DNA of 64,000 bases, from contig OX597821.1 in the NCBI GenBank assembly GCA_951406725.2, positions 79,236,001 through 79,300,000 on the forward strand. The letters are read 5' to 3'. The notes beneath the pieces are model-generated. The model was not told the origin of the DNA. It was given only the letters and a program-made list of their open reading frames with translations, and made no database searches. Of this stretch, positions 23,640 to 34,059 are shown in pieces (positions within the stretch are counted from its first letter, which is position 1; each line of letters starts with the position of its first letter). The translations under genes and the position numbers were made by a program. The stretch is from Octopus vulgaris. Taxonomy: Eukaryota.

Positions 23640-26282
23640 GGGAGGGGAGAAGGAGGAGGAGGAGGAGGAGGAGGAGGAGAAGAAGAAGAAGAAGAAGAAG
23701 AAGAAGAAGAAGAAGAAGAAGAAGAAGAAGAAGAAGAAGAAGAAGAAGAAGAAGAAGAAGAAGAAGAAGAAGAAGATCGCGTAGGAGGAGGATGGTGAAC
23801 CAGAACGAAAACATCCCCAAAACATTTTTCTTCTTTTACTTTTCTTATTTGTTCTTGTTCTTGATTTCTTGCTCTTGTTCCTCTTGTTCCTCTTGTTCCT
23901 CTTCTGTGAATGTCTGCCCATTTGTTTGCTGTGAATGTATGGAGCGTGACCGATCCGGGGAATCACTTAGTCTTTAGTTGTTTACTCATTTTGTGTGTTA
24001 ATTTTTGTTAATTTCTGAATGTGAGTGGCGGCTGAATCCTCAGAATTTGAATATGAGAGTATAATACCAGGTAAATATAATACCAGGTAAAAATTAGGGT
24101 AAATGTATTTCTGTGTATATTTATACCAATCATCACTACAAAAATGTCACCTCATTTCATTGCTATTTAAAGGAGAACTGGAAGAGGTATTTAGATTATT
24201 GTTTCATACTTTGGAATGATACCATGAAATTCCACGAATTGAACTCTGTCATTTAAGCTTAATTAAAATATAGTTTGTTTTTGGAATAAAAAAAAATTAA
24301 GTACCCTTAAGTTCAGTTTTTTGCTTTATATTGTTTTGTGATATTTTACCTCATAACTTTTTTATACAACTTTTTGTTGCATGGACCAAAACTATGGAAT
24401 TATTTTCACTTTCTTCTATCATTGAAACTGAGATAAATATATTTTGCTTTTAAAATAGAAAAAAAAGTTATTCGATCTGAACTTGATTGGTAGCGTTACT
24501 TACTCTCGTAAAACATCGCTACAAATTTTGATGCAAAACGTTCTCTACCTGACGAAATCTCAATTTCTTATGTCAAAATGTAGCAAGGGACTAGTCGTCT
24601 TCAAAAATGGTAACGGTTTTCTATTTGGTTAAGAACTTAATTAGCGACAAGCGCTGAAAAATGCTCCATATGAATAAATTGCGGTCTTAAGAGTATTATT
24701 CAACTACTACCGTAGCTGAATGATTATTAAATGAAAGTAATTTTGATTTAGAATTGTTTATTTGAGAGTCTTCCATGATTTATGAATGGCATGGCTGAGT
24801 AATCGAACTTTGAAATTCATCCAAGCAGCTACACAGTAAGAGAATTATGAGTATATTAAACAATAATAAAGAGTGATTCTAACATTTTCACGAAGAATGT
24901 AAGAAATCTTATTTAATAGCCAAAAGCATAGGAATTTTGTTTTAATAAATTGATTATATGTGTTTTGAAACTGAGGGACTCATCACTATGAATGCCGAGA
25001 AATTTTGTTGATGTTACATGTGAATGAGGACATTAGGAAGAATCTGTCTGGGCTTTGTGGAGAAAAGTATGTAGCAGGGGTTTTTTTATGTGTAAAGGGT
25101 AAGTCAATTAGCAGTAAGCCATTGATTGATAAACCTTGTCCAGTTCTGAATTAACTGAATTGAATAAGAAGGAAAGGTCCTGGGGACTAATATAAATAGT
25201 AGAGTCATCGGCGATAGATTAGGGACAATAATCGTTCCCGTATGGACCCCTGGGAGACTCCTAGCTGTATAGTGGATAATGGTGATTTGGTGTTTGAGCA
25301 GAAACGTATTGTTTACGCTGTGAGAGGCATAATCTAAACCAGTTGTTAAGAATTCCACGAATTCCCATATGTCTAAGTTCAGCCAACAATATATCTGAAT
25401 GTACAGAATCGAACGCTTTACTGATATGTAAATATAGTGCAAGGAAATATATGTAAGTTAAAGCTGTTCTCCTCTGATACCAGGCATGTGAACTTGGTAA
25501 TTTAGTCCATTTTGGATCGTTTGTTTATATTCTGTCTTCTACCCAACGTTTGCTTGCTTCATAACGGAAAGTATGAGTTTTAACAGTATAAAGATTCTTA
25601 ACATCAAAACTCTTAGGGAGAGTGCATTTTAGGACACGGCAGGGTGTACATTATTTACATTTTAATGGAAATTGTATACTTAAAAAACCATGCTGCCTGG
25701 TATATAGGCTGGTATGAATTAGCATCAGGATTTAAGGACTGTGTCTGAAAGATAACGTTGCTTTAGAGATTGTTGCCCCGTAAGTGTTAATCTCAATTTG
25801 AGGTCAGTAGGCCTTAATATTTTGATTCACCGGGTTTTCTTTTTATAGTTATTGCTGTCTGTATTTCCGAGCTTTTATGGATATTGGGTAATCCTGAGAA
25901 ATTGCCCTCTTTAATTTCAGCTGCATAAATAGTCTATTTCTTTATTTGTGAAAGAGTCTCGTTATTTGCATTTAAGGGCACTGAGAAAAAATTTGGTGAT
26001 TGCATCTGTATGTGTATCTAAGTTCTTGTCACACGGCCTGTAAGGGATGAAGTAGGATTTATTTCTGACAATTGACACACCATTTACATTCTTATTGCCA
26101 ATGGATTCTATAAGGCGGAGGCAGGAGCTAGAATGTTCTAAGCCTGCTTTTAATTCTATGAGGTTTAGAATTAGGTGTGAAGTCTATCAATAAGGGTTCA
26201 ATTTAGTTTTTGCTGAGGTTCTTTTAGATAAATTTATAATTTTATATACATGCATACACATACACACACGCATACAAACATG

Positions 26283-26318
<36 letters not shown>

Positions 26319-29300
26319 CCCACGGAGAGGGCAGGGTCCAGGCCATCTCCAGCACACATCAGTTTGGCTTTCGCCAAGCTCACCTGAAACCTAAGCTATG
26401 CTGATTCTTCTTTACATATTGTCAGTGCGTCCCTGAGCTGGTCGATCGAACTGATGAATATGGAGGTATCGTCCGTATTTCCAGCTTAGTAAAGTGGTAG
26501 TAGCCGAAGTTAACGCCAGATACTCGCTCAGAAACTTTGGTTATCAGATAATCGATGACGACTGAAGAAGTCTGTTGTCGGAAGGCAGCCCTGGATGACA
26601 CTATCGTTGAACGGGAACCAGCGAGAAAATTTGGGTTCACTAGCACTCACCTCACAGCACTCCTATAGAACCGTTGGTCTCGTAAGGCGTGTCGACCACC
26701 TTGAACATTTTCCAGAAGGATGCGTAATAACCGTGTCCAAAGCCGACTTGTTGTGGTGCATCAGCCTGCAGCCTTCCACAACATAGCTATCCATGGCATG
26801 CACCGGTACTCGCTAGATCATTCTATCAGGGCTTTACTCTCATTCAACGCTGCAGATGCGGACTGAAAAGGGCTCGTAGCTGGCCACGCACCACATAGCT
26901 GCATGTGATTAAGGAAGTTCTCCGGAGCCTCGAAGTCACTTTGGAGGATGCAGTGGGGCTGAGACGGGGCTACTAGCAACGAAGAGCCCTGGTGGACTTG
27001 GTCGGGTCTCTGGACGATGATGTCTCTGGGACAAATACCCGGGGTGTCACCAGTCCCTTCAAAGAAGATCATGAAGCAAGCAGGCAATCGTGTTTGTGCA
27101 CGCTCGTCTGTATATAAGCGCGGGCGCGTGTGTGTGCAGGCAAGAGATTAATATGAAAAACGAAGGTAAATACGTGTTTATAATTTATTTATTAAAGTAT
27201 TTTCCTCATATTATAGCCCCCGGCATAGGTTTCTGCTGAATAAGTGACTCAGTCTATTTTGATATAATATTTTTCTGCATTTCGTTGGTTAAACAACCCT
27301 GGATTTCCTCAGTATCAGCTCGGATTTCAAATCCCTATTCCTTTACGTTACATATGTGTGTTTGTGTGTGTGTGAATGTGTGTCTATGTGTCTGTATGTA
27401 TATATGTATATATATATGTATGTAGACGTATATATGTATATACGAAGGAATACACAAAAGTAACCGGAAATGTTCTCTGTGATGTCAACCCGTTGTAGAT
27501 CAGACTTCCGTCACTAAAAGCCACTTGATGCAACCCTCAGGCATCAGATTGCCCACCGGCGTTATCCGGTGGAGTGGTACTGTTGCGTAGTGCGTCTTTG
27601 TTTTGCTGTGTTTCTCCCCAGTTTGTAGGATTTTTGCGATGGCTGAAACAAAGGAACAGCGTAATTCCGTGAAATTATGTTTTCTGCTGGGGCAAGCGGC
27701 CGCTGAAACCATTGTCATGCATCAAACAGCTTACAAGTATACTGCCATGATCAGAACACAAGTTTACGGATGGTTTCCACGCTTTTGGAATGGTCACTTG
27801 TCGCTTGAAACTGAACCTCGTTCAGGGATACCGTCGACTTCCCGAATGAATGAAAACATCACATGAGCTGATTTTGCAGGACAGTCGCCAAACAACAGAC
27901 GAGCTTGTTGATGTGACTGGTGTATCCAGGACCTGCTGCCAACGAATTTTGAACGGGGAATTGTGATTTAAAAGAGTGCAGGAAACTTTGGGCCTCACTT
28001 GCCCAAGATCAGAAGTAGTCACGGCTGAAAGCATGTCGTGATCTTAAAGAACAGTTAGAAGGTGATCCGAAACTTTTTCCGAAGGTCATCATTGGTGACG
28101 AAAGCTGATGCTACGGAGTTTGCAGATGTGGAAGAAGTGAGAAGAAAATTGACAGAAGCGTTAAATGGCATCACTTCGGAAGAGATCCAGCATTGCTTCG
28201 AATAACGGCAAATGAGACTGGACCGATGCATTTCTTCAAATGGAGAATATTTTGAACGCAATAAAAGTGGAAACATGCAAAACAAAGTGGATAAAATAAT
28301 ATTGCAAAATTTCAGTTTCTTTTAGAAAACTCCTCGTATGTATGTATACACAAAACGGCTTCAGTAGAGCTTTTCTCAGATTATTAATAGCTAAAATAGA
28401 TATTATTCCCATCAATTCGTTATATTTTGGTTAAATTGTTTTAAAAAGATGTCAAGATGCCGAAAATCATCAGTATGCGAATGTCAATTCTCTGAGAATT
28501 GTAGAATCGAAGTCATTCAGCTGATGATTCAAGTTGACCTGCATAAAAAAACACAGAAAATAACAACAAAACTAAAATACAGTTTACTTATATTTTCTGT
28601 GGTAAATATTTTTAGAACATACTCTACAAATTTACATTATATTTATAAAGCAATTGTTTTTCAAACAAGTAATATTTCCCAATGACTAACGTAGTGCTTG
28701 AGGTATACAATGTTCTTAGTTTGCTCTTGGTTGCAGACAAGAAGAGATCTCATATTTCGCATTCAGAATATTAGCTGGCAAGCTAAAACTTCATAGCTTT
28801 AAGCTTACGAACGACGGCTTATTGTACTCTACTCCGTATATGTCTTCGCTTTTGCAACTATACTCCATATAACAAGGTGTTCTCCACCTTAAAACCCTTC
28901 AATTACCAGATTATTTTGACAATGAAATGATGTTGGACTTGCTAATCAACTTGTACGAAAGAGGTAATTATTGTGTTGTTATCACTTTTCATTAGCCAAT
29001 GCATGAGTTGCGTTGTCTTTATTAAACTATTTCGTTATTGCAACCACTTTTATTAGATTTTCATACTTTTATATATCTATAATTATAGATATACCGTTAA
29101 ATGTCACTAATTACAATTATAATCAGATATAGCTGATGCTACGAATTCGCATAAAATGGCAGTTTACAGCGCGGACATTCAGAGCGGAAATTATTGTTGT
29201 GTGTTTCCATTTTTGTACTGGTAAGTTTTCAGGTTGGCGCCGTTGATTATTTTTCTGAATGATGGGCCATAGTTTGTGCCGCATCCAATTGTGCCCTTTG

Positions 29301-29664
29301 TTTATCCACGCGAGAATCGATGCGGGGTGAAGAAATAATTATAGACATAAGTCGTATGCATTATTCGGTAGCGTCATAATATCCATGGTAGCTAAGCCTA
29401 AAGGCATTAGCGGTAATACATTTCGGTAACTACATAGAAGTTCCTTTTTATAGCCTCAAATCATTGTCACCATTGACTAATGAACGACTTTCTCACTGAG
29501 ACTGCACCGCTGTCATATTGTTTCCCATGGTTTCGCCTGTAACCGTAAATTGCGTGGAAGATGGGTGATACGCTGAGCCAAAGGGCAGCTGTGTTTGCTC
29601 CAACACAGTATTTCCGTATTTGACGTAATCTCTATATTTAGAGGCTGCTCCATTCTCCCCCACC

Positions 29665-29717
<53 letters not shown>

Positions 29718-31650
29718 CGTATATTCACCATCTGCAGATATACGGATTTCTGTTTAATTCACATCATATCAAATGTGTACAGAAGTGGGTGAAGTCGATT
29801 GAATGGATTGAATATAGTATTGGACTATTTTAGTTAAAAGGGACACTTGAAATGATTAATACAATATAATCTTTTCTACTCTAGGCACATGGCCCGAAGT
29901 TTTTGTGGAGGGTGCTAGTCGATTAGATCGACCCTAGTACGCAACTGGTACTTAATTCATCGACCCCGAAAGGATGAAAGGCAAAGTCGACCTCTGTGGA
30001 ATTTGAATTCAGAACGGATTAATGCAATATAATGCAAATCATTTAATGTGAAATAATACTCAGGAAGAGTTGAACCCATTCTTTACAACCATGGTTATTT
30101 ATTTCAGCTGAACTAGGAGAGACCGATCAGCTAAAACTTTAGTTAAACTTAAATCATTTTGTAAGCTTATAACTAATGTTTTTATTTCTAAAAAGGTATC
30201 GGGTTTATGATATCAACCTAAATGTTACCGCTGACATCCTTAATAAAAATAAGTTTCATAAGCCGTGCATAGCGGACTATTTCACATTCCTCATTTACAT
30301 AATTGAAGAGTCAGGCAATTTAAGCAGATCTCGTAATTATCAGCAGTTTAATTAGTCTAACAGTATCATATTTAATCGTAAACATAATATAGACATGCAA
30401 TAATTAACTGTCGTTCTATTACGAAATCAACTGTAACTATAAACATCTTCAATTTTGGCAAAAATGTTGCGAAATGCAGCATCCTGACACCAACCCAACT
30501 CCAACAGTCAAGCCAGCAGCTGAGAAACCGCGGGCCAGTCCAGCAAGCCAACTTACTTAGAGGGAAAGAAGTGGTAGAACCCTGCCGGATGTCTTGCGTG
30601 ATATCGTTCTTCGTCGCCCTGTTCACTAGTCACATCGCATCTTTTCACAGAATGTCTTCGTTACGAAATTCACACTGACTCTTCACCTCCCTGACACCTG
30701 CCTTCACACCAACTGTTCACATCGCCAACCTTTCTCCGACTGTGTTCGTTACCAACTTGACACGGAATGTAGTTCCCCGTCACCTGATCTGGGATCAACT
30801 GCTCACATTGCTTAATCTTCACATCACCTGACTCTCACCTGCAACCCTATTCAAATCTCAGCTCTCTTCGCTCAACTCTTCATATCACCCTAACTTCACA
30901 ACACCTAACTCTTCACTTACCCAACTCAATCGTCAACTGACCGACAGCACGCATTCCATCACCAAATTGTTCCCCCTACAGTAAAAACGTACACAGAAAC
31001 ATGTAACATGTTTTAAATCAATCACGTGGTCATGAACATTATTTCTCATTAGAATGAATTATAATTCATTATTAGTTTTCTTTTGTAGAACTTGAGAACA
31101 GTATTTTGATTCCCAGTAGTACCATTTAAAATTATATTTATCAGAATATTTCTTCCATTTTATACTTTCCTTCATCACAACAATATATGCGACACGCTTA
31201 GCTAATACTCAGAGTTTTAATACTTCCTGTTCCCTGAATATTGCCATGAGGAATTTTGATGTAATGTTGGTTCAGATATTGGTCTCTTCAATATTGTAAA
31301 TTTTAGACTCCCATTGAGTCAACATGTGCAGAGAAACAATCTACTTTTACTCCAACATAATATGGTTGAAAACTGAGGTCAACAACATAAGATATTAGTT
31401 AAGAACATAACCAACGAGAATTTAAAATACTGAATGTGGAAAATATGTGGAAAACGTCTAATACTTACAAACTTTGAACATTCGGTGGAATGGGTTGTGG
31501 GACCGAAGTCAGTCCCCGAGACGAACAATCTATAGTTGTCTTAGAATATTCACATTTGCATATGCTGCAAATGTCTGAAGCAGCATGAGACTCCAAAAAT
31601 GGTCTCATAAAGAGTAGCAACACAAAAGTTAATTTCAAATGATAAAACAT
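940..31650 (-). CDS. Multi-exon extracellular LRR protein gene (signal peptide + LRRNT + at least 14 typical 24-aa LRRs); 3' part lies beyond the left edge of the window
   Basis: 15 exons with canonical AG/GT boundaries splice in frame without stops: [397 protein letters not shown]. Confidence 0.9.
2002..2073 (-). CDS. LRR exon 13 (family B), [23 protein letters not shown](L)
   Basis: 72 nt, AG...GTAAGT, phase 2-2. Confidence 0.9.
3073..3144 (-). CDS. LRR exon 12 (family A), [23 protein letters not shown](L)
   Basis: 72 nt, AG...GTAAGT, phase 2-2. Confidence 0.9.
4168..4239 (-). CDS. LRR exon 11 (family A), [23 protein letters not shown](L)
   Basis: 72 nt, AG...GTAAGT, phase 2-2. Confidence 0.9.
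4884..5470 (+). mobile_element. Small non-coding Penelope-pLTR-like element with inverted 5' segment and hammerhead motif
   Basis: About 4884-4976 is the reverse complement of about 5181-5273; the body is similar along its length to 47280-47715. Confidence 0.65.
5158..5241 (+). ncRNA. Type I hammerhead ribozyme-like motif (long, imperfect stem II)
   Basis: ACTGTA-CTGAAGA-[55 nt]-GAAA-CGCG-TA-TACAGT; stem I ACTGTA/TACAGT; palindromic stem III ACGCGT as in Penelope minimal hammerheads. Confidence 0.6.
5814..5858 (+). ncRNA. Minimal type I hammerhead ribozyme in the 5' pLTR (variant core CCGAAGA)
   Basis: TGAAC-CCGAAGA-T TGCA gaattcaa TGCA T-GAAA-GTAC-TA-GTTCA. Confidence 0.75.
6062..7353 (+). 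pseudogene. Penelope upstream basic ORF1-like region, with one apparent frameshift near 6160
   Basis: ATG 6062 frame ([20 protein letters not shown]...) stops at about 6170 but continues in the adjacent frame (LYLKEIEKQ...) into ORF 6250..7353, which is K/R-rich. Confidence 0.6.
7260..9587 (+). CDS. Penelope RT + Cys-rich linker + GIY-YIG endonuclease ORF (open from 7260; first ATG at 7677)
   Basis: [98 protein letters not shown]; no stop from 7260 to 9587. Confidence 0.95.
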   Translation, partial: PEKNLFFYVRTTNTGERKNPRGNIPQTTERIDPKIINLSKRDLDNDEIQLLSKGLKFTPTPTANHQELKEDIQKFCRKLRLVEFFANKSNEIDESLVRNKSDFTPPKGRNNYLDQYIDILSKFPLRRNTNVRPNISKSEMSACKRIQNDQTIIIKQADKGGAIVIMDTEYYKDLVEDQLKDTTFYCEIPANIDHHIMKKINNLISTHHNSLTDNEKDYITNFEPKPSNFYGLPKIHKSKNIQQAVKEQESEYVKLLHPKDLKLRPIIAGPACPTHRLSNFIDIVLKPLCTHIPSFIRDDIDFLSHLPKTTETNSVLLSFDVVSLYTNIPHDLGIKAIKYWLEKHREVIPSRFTVPFILDTVTLILENNTFFFNGKNYIQIRGTAMGTRFAPVYANSVMGYLEEQLYQEVEVNYGTGFRKYIEKAWKRYLDDCFIIWTESLNTLEEFNILLNNLHPSLQFTKEMSSTKLPFLDIMVIKKDTTITTDIYYKHTDTHQYLNFKSCHLPHTKRNIPYCLARRICTIVEDANIRNKRLIELREFLLKQKYPSLLIENGIQRAIKIPIQQLRTTQGRGKQEQIIPFIVTHNPCHQNIFNIAKANLPIIAQSNELKDIITDRAMVLSKRQPKNLKTLLTKAKFDLSNKDQTFTVSKCNDSRCGTCQFIHTGQYINTKTGKIFTNANMNCKSRNLIYCIKCPNCKEIYVGQTGNALLERSRVHRQQIRDPEVRQIPLSNHLATCGRKIYIIFPFYKLHSPSEIERKIREKNFIDKFEPKLNKQ
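10083..10127 (+). ncRNA. Minimal type I hammerhead ribozyme in the 3' pLTR (variant core CCGAAGA)
   Basis: TGAAC-CCGAAGA-T TGCA gaattcaa TGCA C-GAAA-GTAC-TA-GTTCA. Confidence 0.75.
10694..11108 (+). mobile_element. tRNA-derived SINE, family 1 (internal TA/TG microsatellite, GAAA tail)
   Basis: A-box TGGCTGTGTGG and B-box GGTTCAGTCCC; near-identical copy at 35022-35447 (minus). Confidence 0.9.
11131..11202 (-). CDS. LRR exon 10 (family A), [23 protein letters not shown](I)
   Basis: 72 nt, AG...GTAAGT, phase 2-2. Confidence 0.9.
12192..12263 (-). CDS. LRR exon 9 (family A), [23 protein letters not shown](L)
   Basis: 72 nt, AG...GTAAGT, phase 2-2. Confidence 0.9.
13433..13504 (-). CDS. LRR exon 8 (family A), [23 protein letters not shown](L)
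   Basis: 72 nt, AG...GTAAGT, phase 2-2; visible in ORF 13429..13623. Confidence 0.9.
13875..14112 (+). mobile_element. tRNA-derived SINE, family 2
   Basis: GAGCTGGCAGA...GAGTTCAAATTCCGCCGAGGTCGAC; copies at 52764 and 57515. Confidence 0.85.
14328..14560. mobile_element. Small fold-back insertion with 14-bp target site duplication
   Basis: Hairpin 14326-14489; GATATGTTTACATC at 14314-14327 and 14561-14574; single copy of that motif in the paralogous intron at about 23217. Confidence 0.7.
15400..15471 (-). CDS. LRR exon 7 (family A), [23 protein letters not shown](L)
   Basis: 72 nt, AG...GTAAGT, phase 2-2. Confidence 0.9.
15760..15831 (-). CDS. LRR exon 6 (family B), [23 protein letters not shown](L)
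   Basis: 72 nt, AG...GTAAGT, phase 2-2. Confidence 0.9.
15940..17900 (+). repeat. Large compound (GAA)n/(GGA)n/(GTA)n microsatellite tracts in LRR introns
   Basis: Direct observation; similar tracts at 2470-2630, 11570-11740, 12850-12970, 14680-14915, 20730-21290 and 23340-23780. Confidence 0.95.
17021..17092 (-). CDS. LRR exon 5 (family B), [23 protein letters not shown](I)
   Basis: 72 nt, AG acceptor, variant donor GTACGT, phase 2-2. Confidence 0.85.
18124..18195 (-). CDS. LRR exon 4 (family B), [23 protein letters not shown](L)
   Basis: 72 nt, AG...GTAAGT, phase 2-2. Confidence 0.9.
18725..20295 (+). mobile_element. 5'-truncated, decayed LINE with RT end, RNase H and C-terminal zinc knuckle (I/Ingi-like group)
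   Basis: NDDVAV...KFLGVT*DRQLTF; [34 protein letters not shown] (RNase H); [19 protein letters not shown]; ends in an (AAC/CAG)n tail. Confidence 0.85.
20609..20680 (-). CDS. LRR exon 3 (family B), [23 protein letters not shown](L)
   Basis: 72 nt, AG...GTAAGT, phase 2-2. Confidence 0.9.
21957..22028 (-). CDS. LRR exon 2 (family B), [23 protein letters not shown](L)
   Basis: 72 nt, AG...GTAAGT, phase 2-2. Confidence 0.9.
22594..22665 (-). CDS. LRR exon 1 (family A), [23 protein letters not shown](L)
   Basis: 72 nt, AG...GTAAGT, phase 2-2. Confidence 0.9.
24760..26230 (-). mobile_element. Heavily decayed CR1/Jockey-like LINE RT remnant
   Basis: Minus strand [10 protein letters not shown] near 25400-25430 and degenerate [10 protein letters not shown] (GVPQGS-like); boundaries approximate. 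Confidence 0.55.
26760..27090 (+). mobile_element. Possible RTE-like LINE 3' remnant
   Basis: Degenerate [10 protein letters not shown](W) motif resembling RTE RxRGRPRxxW, followed by a short GCAA-type tail. Confidence 0.35.
27443..28336 (+). mobile_element. Internally deleted mariner DNA transposon
   Basis: TA-flanked imperfect TIRs (CGAAGG...CCTCG); N-terminal [16 protein letters not shown]...VYGWFPRF...PRSGIPSTS; C-terminus [14 protein letters not shown]; most of the catalytic core is missing. Confidence 0.85.
29872..30016 (-). mobile_element. SINE family 2-related fragment
   Basis: Reverse complement of GTTCTGAATTCAAATTCC...GTCGACTTTGCCTTTCATCCTTTCGGGGTCGA. Confidence 0.75.
31469..31650 (-). 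CDS. First coding exon of the LRR gene: signal peptide + LRRNT cap
   Basis: ATG at 31650; hydrophobic leader; CSICKC...[16 protein letters not shown] is a classic LRRNT motif; phase-2 donor TT|GTAAGT at 31468; upstream acceptor TCTTTTACAG at 31671 implies a further 5' UTR exon. Confidence 0.9.
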
Positions 31651-32014
31651 ATTTTCAGGTGTAGATTAATCTGTAAAAGAAGAAAATATAAAAGATTAGA
31701 AACTTCAATGTCAATTCATTCCCATTGCAAATTCTTCGAATGGGATGACTTTATCTTTGATTTCATTTTCAGTTTAATATTTAAACTTTCCAAACTGAAT
31801 TCAATTATAATTCGAAGTGGTGAACATAATAGATTATAGCTTTAATAAGTGATAATTTCTAAGATAAACAGAACATGAATTGCCCCTGATTACACACGCA
31901 CACACACATACACACACGCGCGCACTCACACACACACAAGTATTATACATATGTGCGATTACACACACACAAGTATTATACATATTAATATTATACATAT
32001 TAATAAACACACAA

Positions 32015-33060
32015 TTAAATGCTTTTGTCTTTCACAACAATATCTGGTTGAGTTGCCTTTATGGTCCGATCTGTACATATTGGGAAGTCCCAAAGAATAG
32101 TCACATTTTCTCCTTCAGTTACAGCCCCAGGTTGGGGCTTGTACCATTTGTCAACAGATTTAATTTTATGACGAAACATTATCCAATGTGGATATTGGCC
32201 AACTCTGTCATGTCTTGATTTGTACTCTACGAGAGATAAAACCTTACATACAGAGATTAGGTGGTCGACTGTTTCTATCCCTTCGTTGCAGTATCGGCAC
32301 TTTGGGTCTGCATTACTTTTCATCATATTGGCTTGATAGTTCCGCGTGAATAATCTCTGATCTTGAGTAGCCAAGACAAAACTTTCACTCTCTGTCTTTC
32401 GCACTGAGCTCTGTAACCATTGATGGGTATTTGCCATGCAGAGATTCTTTCCCACCTATCAGCTAATTGTTCAAGCACATTTTGCTTTGCTATTCATTTT
32501 ACCTTCTTTCCAACAAATTTTGCTACACATCCCATAGGCTGTTCAACCTGGGTATTATGCATAAACTCACTTGAAAATTTGTTGCTCTCCTTCATAACAG
32601 AACGAAGCTTCTTACGTCTTTCATTGTTTTCAACAAACTTTAGCATCCAGTCGTTAGATGTTACAAGATATTTTGCAAGTCCAATTGTGATGGTTTTGTA
32701 GGAGATTTCAATATGGATCAAGCCTCCACCTCCTTCAGTTCTGGATAAGTAAAGGCGATCTGCATCATCTTTAGGTGGTTCAATTTTTTACAGGTCAGCA
32801 GCTTACGGATTTTCCAATCAATTTCCCTTATTTCGCGCATATTCCAGTTCAACACATTGAAACTGTAAATAACAATAGAAATTGCAAAGGAATTTATAGC
32901 TAACATCTTGTTACGGGCATTTAACTTGGGTTTTAGGACTGCTCGAACTCTCCTATAACACTCCTTCCTGATCTTTTTTCATACCTGCTTGTTGAATGCC
33001 AGAACCCTCATTTATTCTGAGGTATTTGTAAGTATATTCTTGCACGAGTTCATTTTTGAC
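32015..33060 (-). mobile_element. R4/Dong-like LINE fragment (RT thumb, CCHC knuckle, start of REL endonuclease)
   Basis: ESESFVLATQDQ, CRYC...ETVDHLISVC...YKSRHDRV, ILWDFPICTDRTIKATQPDIV. Confidence 0.85.
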
Positions 33061-33104
33061 AGTCAACATCCAACACCACTGAATATTATTATTAATATTA
33101 TTAT

Positions 33105-34045
33105 TATTATTCTGTGTTTGACTTTTGCGTTACATTTGCACAAGCTGGTTCCAAGTCTCACCCAGAGACCTTAAGAGGCAACAAGTTGGAAGTTCGTGTT
33201 GCTGCTATACCTATAGGGTGCCATATATTTGGTTTTATACTTAGTGTTATACTAGTGAATGTCTAAAAAACCATACGAAAATTATGTTTGTTTTAAAACT
33301 TGAGATTACATAGAAAGTACTTTGCGTAGGATATGAGCAGTTCCCATTGGCACTATCTTTTGAATTTCTGTCATTTGGGGGTTTCCTGGTACCTGAGTTA
33401 GGTAGCAATCATTCCCAGGGCGCCTATGGCAACAGGTATTGTTTTAGTCTTCAGGTTCCACATTTTGCTGATTTCTATTTCCAGATCTTTATATTTGCTC
33501 AGTTTCTGGTAGGTCTTAACAGATACGTTTATATCGATTGGGACAGTCATATCAATGAGGAGGCATGTTTTTTGTCTGAAGTCTTTTACTATGATGTCTG
33601 GCCTATTCGCATCTATCTTTCTGTCAGTTTGAATGGTGAAGTTCCAGAGGAGTGAGATGTGATCCTTTTCAAGCACTGCAGGTGGTTTGTGTTTCCACCA
33701 GTTTTTATCATAGGGTAGGTCCAGGTTTTTGCAAATTACCCAGTAAATATATTGTGAGGCTCTATCATGCCTGTTGAGATACTCTTTAGGCGCAAGAAGA
33801 CTGCATTTGGAGACAACATGATCAATGGATTCATTTTGTTGTTGACATACACAACATGTTGGGCTACTGCCGTTCTTTAATATGTTGGTCTGGTAGTTCC
33901 TGTTAGGTAGGCATTGATCTTGAGCTGCTATGATAAACCATTCTGTTTCAGATTTTAAGCCAGGCCATTAGCCATTCATGGGTCAGGGCTTTGTCAACAT
34001 CTGCATTATTCACTCTCTTTGGGTTTTTGCCATTCAGAGGTCTTT
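33105..34045 (-). mobile_element. R4/Dong-like LINE 3' end with REL endonuclease and 3' UTR
   Basis: LLWNFTIQTDRKIDANRPDIIV...IDMTVP...KLSKYKDL...IPVAIGALG; abuts (TTA)n. Confidence 0.85.
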
Positions 34046-34059
34046 CTTGCCTATTATTA

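Noticed and set aside
24498-24580. Possible additional LRR exon (ACTTAC motif)
   Set aside because: No acceptor 72 nt away and no LRR translation.
30432-30980. Possible solo LTR (TGTAA...CTACA)
   Set aside because: Termini are suggestive but there is no target-site duplication (CAAC vs GTAA) and no second copy in the window.
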